DNA of 64,000 nt from Sphaerodactylus townsendi (taxonomy: Eukaryota). Under the pieces are notes generated by a model. That model was not told the origin of the DNA and ran no database searches. It saw only the letters and a list, made by a program, of their open reading frames with translations. The position numbers were made by a program, and so were the translations under genes. Within the stretch, counting starts at the first letter, position 1. The number at the start of each line of letters is the position of its first letter. Positions 35,507-45,452 of this stretch are shown here, one piece after another. The stretch lies in contig NC_059436.1 of NCBI RefSeq assembly GCF_021028975.2, forward strand, positions 54,002,001-54,066,000. The letters run 5' to 3'.

Positions 35507-38500
35507 CTGTCGAAAGAGAAAAGAGTCAGGAAGGAGGGAAAGTAGCCGCTTCAGCCGTGGGAAGCCATAGAGCAGGGGCTATTTGAGAACACTTGTACTG
35601 CATCTCTCCTCTTGGAAGGAATAGTTGTAACAAGAGTGTTAAAACCGGATAAATCAAACCCCAAATAGCGTTAATATGCATTAATACGCCATTTTCAAAT
35701 GAATATCTTCTTCAGTAACGCGATTCTTGAGTGTAACATTCGTAGTCGACATAAATATGTCTGTTTAAGTTCTAATTTTGGTATTCAGGGATTGATTGCA
35801 CATACTGCAATGGGTACATTTGAAATGTCCTAAAATGGACGGTTTTTCCCTAATTACAGGTCTGAAATCCAAATGCATTCATTTCTGCTTAAGATTCACT
35901 GTTTTTCTAAATCCTATTTGAAGAGGTACCGGTAGGTACCAGACATCTGGGGAAATACAGCTAGACGTGGAAGACTTTTTGTGGTCCAAATTATTGACCA
36001 AGGCCCAGAAATTTTTGGTATTGTTGGAGATAACAGCAGAATGTAAATGCTCCCATTGTGATTTGGCATGTTCAAGCTGTTTCATGAACTACAACGACTG
36101 TTTGCACTCTGGCTGTAACTAATCTCTCAGATGCATATATATACATAAACTTATATCGTTGTTCATCTTTTATATTTCATTAGTTATAATCACAATCACA
36201 TATTTTCAAATAACAATAGGATGTGATTGTGATTATAACTAATGAAATATAAAAGATGAACAATGATATAAGTTTATGTATATATATGCATTTGAGAGAT
36301 TAGTTACAGCCAGAGTGCAACAGTCGTTGTAGTTCATTCACCAATATTTACTGCTGTACCCGAGCTGTTTCATGGCCATTAATTGGCAAAGATCGATTTT
36401 ACATTGGGAAATCTGATTCCAGATCATGGGAAATCGGGAATTTTTATAACATCGATACAATTGGCGGATTTTTGTATTGAATTGCTCACATTCTTTGTCA
36501 AACCAGGAAGCCTTGTTGCTGCCTGGCTTAAATTTCTTCATATCATATTTTAGTAAGCAGTTGACTACATGCTCTCAAGTAAATGCACACCACTATCGCC
36601 CTTGCTGGTGTAACTCACTGTTTTTGTTATTGAAAACAGACACAGACACCGAAGACTCCAGATCTCGCAGTCCCAGGTCCTCCCGTCTCTTTCCACTCCT
36701 CCAAAAGTCCAACGCCACTTCCGTTATTTTTTCAGCCCCTGCATTGCTGCAAAAAAAAGTACTGTATATACTCACGTATAAGCCGAGTTTTTCAGCCCTG
36801 TTTAAAGGCTGAGAAAAGCCCCCTCGGCTTATACACGAGTCACCATTTTCTATCAATCACAAGGAGACTGGGGGCGGGGCAACCTCCCTGCTGCCAGCAG
36901 GCAGAGGGAGCTCCTTATTTGGGCAGTGACATCAGGGGGAGTCACTGCCCAAATAAGGAGCTCACTCTGCCTGCCGGCCAGCTGGGCTTTGTCAAACCCA
37001 GCCTTGATGTCACTGCCCAAATAAGGAGCTCCCTCTGCCTCCCGGCTTCCCATCCTGGGCTTATACCCAAGTCAATAAGTTTTCCCAGGTTTGGGCAGTA
37101 AAATTAGGTGCCTCGGCTTATATATGGGTTGGCTTATACACGAGTATCTACGGTAGTCAACAACCTTTCTCTTTTGCAAGAACAGCAATCCTGCAGTTCT
37201 GTGTGATCTCAAAGAAAAGCTTGGTGAAGTCCCAAGCATTTAACAAACCTAGGATCAGAGACTTAATGCTGATCCCAGAACTCCCAGATAAGCTTCGAGG
37301 CTTCTTCAGGACTGCAGCCAAGAGGTCTGCTACCACTACCCAAGGATGGAAATACCTTCTCTGCTAACCTGAGGAAGATGAAGATGGCTTTCCGGTAAGA
37401 CACACCATCCAGCTGCTCATAATAGTCCAGGAAAGGTTTGATGGAATCAATGAGTCCTGCGTGCATTTTATCCATCTCGTCAAAAATGAAGATGGACCTC
37501 GCGCAGGCAGTGACATTGCCCCGAACCCACATTTGCAACTGGTCCTAAAACAGAGAGAGAATTCTATACATTCTAGCTGCTAAGATCAGTGATGTGCGAA
37601 TACAGACTTACAGTATCTCCCAAGACTTTTTGACATCAACCTAAAAGCCGTCAATGTTCAACAAAGAAACTTCAAAGACAAACTCCCACATGAAGCTGGC
37701 TGAATTTAAAACACGTCAGAACAGGTAAGCATATTTGTCTATCTCTGCATAAAGGTGCGCAATTAACAGTTTCCTAGTTTTAGCTTTACCAGTCTGGCAA
37801 ACACAAAACTGACGATAAAGGCTCTCCTCCCCATTCCAGCTTTACAGTGGAGGATGTTCCAAGCTGGGTAGTCCAAGCACCTGAGCTCAGGTTGGGAAAT
37901 ACCAGAGATTCTGGGGGTGGACCCTGGGGCATTTCCAAAGCACCGTGTAACACCAGAGATCGAACACCACCTCTTCCCCTCGGGGCCATCTAGAAACACA
38001 AATCCTGACTGATTAATGCCAGCTAAAATAGACTTCAGTGCATGCAGTTAAGGATGTTTTCATTGAGTCAGCCACTCAGCCTGTGAGGAACACAAGAGAT
38101 CCCTTAAAGGGACTTTGAAAATCACTGTAATAAAACAGCTCATGTCTTCCAAGCACACCTGTCATACTTCAGTGATGTAAATATTACCTTGTACTGGGTG
38201 ATGTTCTGCCGATGAGGAAAGTGCAAAGTGGAAACAAAATTATGGACATATTTGCTGTTGAGGCCTCCTTCGTAGATGCTCTCTGCAATGATCTTGCTGA
38301 CAAAGTTCTTGCCTGTGCCCGTCCAGCCATGCAAGGAGAGGGTCAGCGGCTTCTTCGGATTCGCATTATTCAAAAAGCCAGTGACGGCTTTCACAACCAC
38401 CTTTTTCACCAGATGCTGCCCAAAGAGCTTCTTGTCCAACTCCTCCTCAAGCACTAGAAAGGAAGAACAACAATCTGCTCAATGGGAATCAGGATCACTT

Positions 38501-41500
38501 CCACAGCCGTGCCTTTACGTGTCAGCCTGCCATTTCTAGAGGGCTCCGACCAAGCCACAGATATGAAGTCATTTCCTTCAACGGGAGATCCACTAGGACA
38601 GTGGTGGCGAACCTTTGGCACTCCAGATGTTATGGACTACAATTCCCATCAGCCCCTTCCAGGATGGCCAATTGGCACTAGGAGATCAGCTCTCAAGACC
38701 ACACAGGGCTCAACACAGCATCTTGGGTTGCAAACAGGAGTATAGTCTCATAGTCCCTCTGCAATTCTTTCCCAGGTGTAAGTACTGGTTCCCTCACCTG
38801 AAAAGTCAGCTTCTGCAGTTGTGGAAGGCAGATAATAAACCCATATAGGGGAGTCATTCTACTCAGACCTTCCTGTCCGACTCTAGATGAACTTCTCACC
38901 ACACACTTTCTCTTCCTCTTACCAGCATATTCTAAAGAAAAGGCTGTCAAACTTGGACCAGGAAGACCCTCCTTCAAAGTCACACACTTCCATGAAGCCT
39001 ATGGGTAGACTAGGTTGTTGTGGGTTTTCCAGGTTGTGTGGCCATGTTCCAGTAGCATTTTCTCCTGATGTTTCGCCTGCATCTGTGGCTGGCATCTTCT
39101 CTGAAGCCACAGATACAGGCAAAACATCAGGAAAAAATGCTACTGGAACACGGCCACACAACCCATAAAACCCACAACAACCTAGTGATTCCGGCCGTGA
39201 AAGCTTCTGACAATACCGTGACTTTGGGACAGACTCTGCCTGTCAGCCTAACTGATCTCCCAGGGTTTTTGTGAAGGTAAAAAGGCAGAAAGGGAAAGAC
39301 CCTGATGAATGCAAAGGTCCCTGCAGGAACGGCAGGATAACTGCAACCCTGCTAATATTCTCTTTTCCCAGCCTAGCCAACGGCTAGAATGTTTACATTC
39401 AAACTCCCTCAATTTCCCCAAACCATTTCCTTCTCTGAATATTTCACTCCTCTGAAGTGTGTGTTTTTGTGCGTCTATTTGTGGGAGGCAGTGTGTGTTG
39501 CAGTTCTTCACTTCCTGTGGTAGCCATTTTATGGCAGAGCTCACCACATTATGTCAGAACTCCAAAGGTGTTCCCAGACTTAGGAAAGTTGGGGGGCCCT
39601 CCCTCACCATGCACCTCTCATGCATTTCTCCCTTCTCCACACCCACTGCTCCACAACTACTTAGCACCCAAAATCTTGTTCCTTTCTCCCAAATACAAAG
39701 TTAGAATCATGGAATCTTCTACGTTCATAAAAGCGAGTTCTCCACATTGCATCACACTGCAGGATGAGTCAAACCTAAGATGCGACTAACAAATCAGTGG
39801 GGCCTGTAAACACCAACACTGATTGTTAGTGGCTGGGTCACAAGGGACTCTGCCCCAACGCTGCCCCCAACTACTTCCTTTGGTTTTCTCCCTTACAAGC
39901 AAATAGCTGCCACACACTCCTTTAGAATAAAATGAAACTCTTTTCTTGGAAGCAGAATTGGGGCAATGTTCATGCTGACAAATGCCCCTACGAGGGACAA
40001 AGCTGAAAGAGCCTTCAACCAAAAACATCCCACAAAACAGGCCACCTTCTACTGCAGCACAAGCAACATGCAGAAAACATTTCCTTCACTGATGAATATG
40101 TCACAATAATCCCGCTGTGCATCTTGGAGGGAGAACTACTTTCCAAGAAGGCATCATCACTGGTAATGTGAAAGAAACCAGTCACCCCTTGCTGTGCACC
40201 CACAGCTCGGAACAGCAGAGCCTTTCCCTGACATCACGGCACCTAGTGCCCATCTCCTCCGACTCAAAGAACCTGGCTCCAGCAGCCCTCTTCCCTAACC
40301 ACAATCTTTTGCCCAACATCAGAAGCCCAGGTCACAAGAATATAAGAACATACTCTGGTTTCTCTTAAGATCGTATAAATTGATAAGAACATAAGAAAGC
40401 GCCTGCTGGATCAGACCAGAGTCCATTTAGTCCAGCACTCTGCTACTTGCAGTGACCCACCAGATGCCTCTGGGAGCTCACATGCAGGAGGTGAAAGCAA
40501 TGGCCTTCTGCTGCTGCTGCTCCCGAGCACCTGGTCTGCTAAGGCATTTGCAATCTCAGACCAAGGAGGATCAAGATTGGCAGCCACAGATCAACTTCTC
40601 CTCCATAAATCTGTCCAAGCCCCTTATAAGAACACAAGTTCCAGTGAATGTCCACAGAATCGCTTCCAGCAAAATAATACAGTGCTTACACAAAAAGGAA
40701 GAACTCCTGAAATTTGACTTGCTCATCCTGCCATGGTCCAGGTGACCAACTTGATAGAATCTTTTTGTCACTGTTGGGAATCCAGAAAATCTCTGCACTG
40801 CATACACTAATTTTTTCTTTATACCCGCATTGAGTAATTCTCAGGTTACATTCAGACCCCATAACGGCCAAAGCATGATGAAAAACCCACTTTTATCCTA
40901 GTACTGGTCCATCATTTTGTTTGTAAAGCGTCAATTCTTTCTTACAAAGACACACACGTATGTGCACCCAAGAGACAGCTGCACTCACTGCCATGTGTGA
41001 ACACGGCTAGAGGTCCTATTCCAGTGATGGCGAACCTATGGCACGGGTGCCAGAGGTGGCACTCAGAGCCCTCAGAGCCCACACGCAAACAGAGTGCCCC
41101 CCCACCCCCACATCTAGGCTGGTCTGGGCTGCTGGGCTCGATTATTAGCATTTAAACCTATGACCTAGTTTTGGGGAAGCAGTGTAGGTAACCCTGTTAA
41201 GCGCTGTTAAACCCCACTGATTCTCATGCAAAGAACCAAAGCGTGATCCTTTACCTGGGAGTAAGCTCAGTTGCTGGCAATGGGGCTTGCTTCTGAGTAA
41301 ACCCTCCTAGGGTCGTGATTCACCTGTTGGAAGAGTTGCACGGTTGCTTCAAAGCAAAGCCACCGACTACCACCAAGCTTACTCCCGAGTAACGCACGCC
41401 TCGGAGCCAATCGTTTTTTTCTAAACTAAAACCTCACTATTCAGGTTAAATTGCCATGTTAAGCATAAGCATAAGCATTTTTATTGTCATTGTGCACGCA

Positions 41501-42281
41501 CAACGAAATTTACAGCAGCATTCCTCGATGCACACAATTTCAGACTCATACATCATCATCCTCCACCCATCCCTACACAGCCCCAAATACATCAATATGA
41601 AGCAGTGGAGTTTAGCATAGCCACAGCTCTAGAGTAGAAGCTGTCTCTAAGCCTCTTTGTCCTAGTTCTGAGGGCCCTGTATCGTCTGCCAGATGGTAGC
41701 AGTTTAAAAAGAGAGTGTGCTGGATGAGACGGGTCCCTTAGAATATTTTGGGCTTTATTTAGGCTTCGGGCATTATAGATTTCTTCCAAGGAGAAGTGTC
41801 TCAATATCATGTTGGCACTTTGCGATAAATAAGTGGGTCTTGGGTTGCCATCACTGACCTATTCCATCATGCTTCCTCCTACCACCCTATCTGCCTTACG
41901 CTAACAGAAACCTTCCGTGACGTCACGGCATTCCTCTTCCCACTGGCCAATAGCACCCGTGTGTCCCCTGACTTCACGGCATCCAGACCTCTAGACCCCC
42001 CCTACACTCCTTCCATCCCTGACAGAACAAAGACGCCTCCTTGGGCCCCTGCAGCCGCGCCCCTTACCTGCTCCAGCTCGCGCCCCGGGCCTCTGCAAGC
42101 AGCACTCGGTGAAATAGCAGTAAAGACGCGGGTAGGATATGAAGCCGGTGAGAGCCGAGGCTGCGGCGCCGGCCAGCGCCAGGCCCAGGCTGATGGGCTC
42201 GACCGCCCGCGCCGCTGGGCTCAGCTGGCACAACACCAGCACTAGGCCCCACATGGGCGCGCGCCCCCACAGCATCTGCAT
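35262..42281 (-). CDS. TOR1A: Torsin-1A (ER AAA+ ATPase), 342 aa
   Basis: Exons 42281-42068, 38453-38188, 37544-37369, 36746-36619, 35506-35262 (214+266+176+128+245 = 1029 nt), all GT-AG. Walker [12 protein letters not shown] and NVT sequons, DEMDKMH, IKPFLD, FLSNAG, KGCKTV. Confidence 0.96.
35879..36560 (-). mobile_element. Old LINE ORF2 fragment split by a fold-back insertion
   Basis: WFDKEC...LMAMKQL|EHAKSQW...[10 protein letters not shown] becomes one reading frame when 36087-36374 is removed. Confidence 0.7.
36087..36362. mobile_element. 276-bp fold-back insertion with 12-bp TSD (Penelope-like architecture)
   Basis: ~117-bp inverted arms, 19-nt loop, TSD AGCTGTTTCATG at 36075-36086 and 36363-36374. 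Confidence 0.75.
36619..36746 (-). CDS. TOR1A: TOR1A exon 4
   Basis: (S)[24 protein letters not shown]...VFNNKN, 128 nt. Confidence 0.95.
36762..37153. mobile_element. Tc1/mariner (Tigger/pogo-like) MITE
   Basis: TIR CTGTATATACTCACGTATAAGCC...GGCTTATACACGAGTATCTACGG with a TA TSD. Confidence 0.85.
37369..37544 (-). CDS. TOR1A: TOR1A exon 3
   Basis: [14 protein letters not shown]...IKPFLDYY...AIFIFL, 176 nt. Confidence 0.96.
38188..38453 (-). CDS. TOR1A: TOR1A exon 2
   Basis: [13 protein letters not shown]...GWTGTGKN...NITQYK, 266 nt. Confidence 0.96.
39011..39215. mobile_element. Older Penelope-like inverted terminal-repeat pair (hammerheads degenerate)
   Basis: Same fold-back layout as 52422-52643. 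Confidence 0.75.
40384..40623 (-). mobile_element. CR1 3' UTR fragment
   Basis: Matches 17881-18140. Confidence 0.85.
41022..41856 (+). mobile_element. hAT ~510-bp family copy 3, interrupted by a Rex1/Babar LINE fragment
   Basis: TIR CAGTGATGG...CCATCACTG. TSD TCCTATTC/ACCTATTC. Confidence 0.88.
41461..41807 (-). mobile_element. Rex1/Babar-like LINE 3' end
   Basis: [35 protein letters not shown], (ATGCTT)n tail and a CATGTT TSD. Confidence 0.85.
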
Positions 42282-42560
42282 CGCCGCGGGCCCCGTCCTC
42301 GCCCCGAGTTTACCTGCCGGGCATCACTTCCGCTTCCGGACACCCGCTTCCTGTGCCGCGGCCGTCATCTTGCTGCCGGGCGGGAAGGGGACTAGCTGGG
42401 AAGGTTTGATTGGCAGGAGGGTGTCACGTGACCGCTCCTCTCCCGCGCGCCCCGTTACGGCGTGTTCCTAGTTACCAAGGCGACCAAAGCAGTTAGAGTA
42501 CGCTGCGGTCGGTCTCTTGGCTGCGTGGCCGTGGCCTGGTCGTGTTTGCTCTTAACCTTT
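41900..42560 (-). promoter_or_regulatory. TOR1A CpG-island promoter
   Basis: Tandem ETS sites CACTTCCGCTTCCGG (~42325-42339), YY1-like site at 42361-42372, CCAAT at 42409-42413, E-box GTCACGTGAC at 42423-42432, RFX-like site at 42471-42484, intronic CRE at 41918-41925. Confidence 0.8.
42068..42281 (-). CDS. TOR1A: TOR1A exon 1
   Basis: Signal peptide then [13 protein letters not shown]...[12 protein letters not shown]; donor GTAAGG. The start could also be the ATG at 42275 or 42254. Confidence 0.9.
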
Positions 42561-42888
42561 CGCCAAGAAAAACCACAACAGCCACTTGCACATGTATTAT
42601 TTGGGTTGGTGTGAACCGCCCAGAAAAAGTGTTTACAGCTGCACATCTATGGCAAAATACCTTGCAGTGCTCTGCCTCAGAAGAGCCTGGAGACCCCACA
42701 ACAGCCATTTGTACACAGTGGCCCCTTCCGCACACACAAAGTAATGCGTTTTCAAACCACTTTCACAACTGTTTGCAAGTGGATTTTGCTATTCCACACA
42801 GCTTCAAAGAGCACTGAAGGCAGTTTGAAAGTGCATTATTCTGCATGTGCGGAAGGAGCCGCTGTTAGGTTTTTTTGGTTGGTGTTAA

Positions 42889-43660
42889 TGTAACTCAGGA
42901 GAACTATATTATGTGGTTAATATTCATTATTAGAGATATATAACCATAGACTAGAGTAAGAATTATTCTCTTTTGATTGATATTTAACTAAAATAAATCT
43001 TTTTGCAGGCCTGACATCTGCCCCTATTTTTCAGAGACAAAATCACTTCTGCATGTCACTTTTAGACAGAACCCTGAAAAATGCTGAGATTTGGCCAAAC
43101 GCCCAGAAACAGGATAGGGAAGGTACACAGCAACCCCAAATAACTTTGTTTCCATCTCATGCTTGTTCACAAGAAACTGCAATGTAGTTACGTATTATAA
43201 CAAAAGACAGAGGATTTTAGAGTCTTTCCTCCCTGCTAAGTAAACTAGCAAACTAAATTTATTTCATGACAATACGATTTCTCTTCTGTTGAATTTACAG
43301 ATGGTTAATAGGTAGTGAAATGTGAACCTGCTTGCTCTCCTCTGTCCCCCACTGTTCATATAGAAATATTTAAAGGTAACTGTACTGAGTCAGCAGAAGG
43401 GAGGGGGAAGCAAAGTCAGATTGTCTAAAAGAAAACCTTGATGAAAATGTTTCTTAATACATTTGAGATGTCATAATGACTGCCTCAAAGTAGGACGATT
43501 TTGTTTTTCAAGCCCTATAAAGATGTTAGGCTTCTGCCTGTAGGGTGTGCCTTCCCCTCCCACCGCTGAATGAGTTATCGATGCTCAAAACAAAAATATT
43601 TATTTTAAAAATATGTTTGCTTCAGTATTCTTGATTGGGATAACTGAGCAGGCGGTAACA
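42889..43660 (+). mobile_element. Solo LTR (ERV1-like, 4-bp TSD)
   Basis: TGTAAC...GTAACA, TSD TTAA, internal CCTATAAA at ~43515. Confidence 0.65.
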
Positions 43661-43953
43661 TTAACATCCCCCTCCTCTATAAAGTATCTGTAGGGCTTCA
43701 GCTCCTAATGTTCCGCCTGCATCTATGGCAAAATACATGTTCCCATGGCACACACACGGCCACACAGCCCAGAAACCCCACAACAACCTGTTAATGCTTC
43801 ATCTCCCCCCCCCCCACGCCCCGTTTTTAAACACTACCTGCCAATAGAAAACTAACACATCAGGGAGCGGGCTGGGGCATAACCATTCCCTCTATTTTAG
43901 TATTTCAGTCCCAGGGAATCTTTTCCTTGCCCACCTGCAGCCTGAAGTAAACC

Positions 43954-44313
43954 CAGAGGTGGGATCCAGCAGGTTCTCACAGGTTCCCGAGAGTAGGTTA
44001 CTAATTATTTGTGTGTGCCAAGAGGGGGTGACTAATTGGTGATTTTGCCATGTGATTTTTGCCTTAGTTACGCCCCTCCTCTCAGCAATAGCGTGCAGAA
44101 CTTGAAGCAGTCTAGCAGGAGGTGCACCAGTGTGCGTGGCAGCCTGCACCTGCGTGCATTCATTTCCCACCCAAAGAGCGGTGCAGCGGCTGCGTCCTTG
44201 CCACAGCCCCGCCCAGCAATGCCCCGCCCCCTCATGTCCCACTGGTGCTACGCCACTGTTTGAATCCCACCACCATGGGAACTTGTTACTAAAATTTGTG
44301 GATCCCACTACTG
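43954..44313 (+). mobile_element. hAT non-autonomous element
   Basis: CAGAGGTGGGATCCA...TGGATCCCACTACTG. TSD AGTAAACC/AGTAGACC. Confidence 0.8.
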
Positions 44314-45146
44314 AGTAGACCAGTTGGGTGTTAGAAATAGAAATCTAAATGCTCATTTCTTGATGCTGTTTCATAATGAAGAAATCAACTGAAACCAGAG
44401 TCTTGTTATTGAACAGGCCAGCGTGCAACAGAACTAAGCATAGCCACCTCACCCCTATGTCCTGTTACCCCGCCCAGCAGCCCAAGGGGGGTGCACCTCT
44501 CCACTGCATACATGCTGTGGAACAGGGGGTCTCCACCATGATGCCAACAAACCTTTCTGAGTGCCCACTAAGTGTTTTAAGAACGCAGGCAGATCCAGGT
44601 TGGGCTTTTATCTAGCAAGGTTTTTGACTGGCTTTGAGATGTTCAGGAAGGCTCATTCCGCACATGCAGAATAATGCACTTTCAAACTGCTTTCAGTGCT
44701 CTTTGAAGCTGTGCGGAATAGCACACCACTTTCACTTGCAAACAGTTGTGAAAGTGGTTTGAAAAAGCATTATTTTGCGTGTGCAGAAGGGGCCAAAGAT
44801 TACTTTGACAACAGCTGCAACGGCAATACAAGGATCTTTATTGTGACTGAAGATAAGCTGGGGCAGCCATTTTGTGGCTATGCCTACCCCTCTGTGGGAG
44901 CCTTAGAAAGGTTGGGACCCCTGCTGTAGAAATATGTATTCACTTCATTTAGGTTATATGTGGAATTCAGTCTCAGAAGGGGTTTTAATTAGTTTTCTTG
45001 ACCAAGCCTCTGAAATGTGAAATCCCTTGTATGCTCCTCTATCAGCTCCTGCCCTAGACATCTTATAAAGCAAAACTATCTATTTTCCAAGTGTCTCAAT
45101 ATCATAGTTCATTACGCACAAGAGAAAAGGAATCCAAACAGACATT

Positions 45147-45152
45147 TTTACT
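45147..45152 (-). terminator. Candidate C9orf78 polyadenylation signal (AGTAAA variant)
   Basis: Followed by GU/U-rich sequence. A canonical AATAAA alternative lies at 44837-44842. Confidence 0.35.
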
Positions 45153-45360
45153 AAATACAAAGCTTTAACACTGAAAATAAGCCACAATATACCTTGCCCA
45201 TGGAAAAGACTCAGAGGTCACTGTACAGATAGGTCTGTGGAAGACACTTTGGGCAAAACGGATGGCCACAAATGAAGAGGATATGTGCCATCGTGCAAAA
45301 TCTATTTACAGATATGTCTCCAGCAATGAAAGAAAAGACACTCAAGCAAACACAGAGCTT

Positions 45361-45452
45361 TCAATAGCGCCTATTCATCTTCTTAAATTTCTCATAATGA
45401 TAGTCATCTGTTGCTTTTTCATTTGGTGGACGTTTGCGATTTGGAGGGGACC
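45361..45452 (-). CDS. C9orf78: C9orf78 exon 9
   Basis: (R)SPPNRKRPPNEKATDDYHYEKFKKMNRRY*. Confidence 0.95.

Noticed and set aside
36081-36340. Reading the fold-back as a TG..CA DNA transposon with a 4-bp TTCA TSD
   Set aside because: The 12-bp duplication is far less likely by chance, and only that reading restores the host LINE frame.
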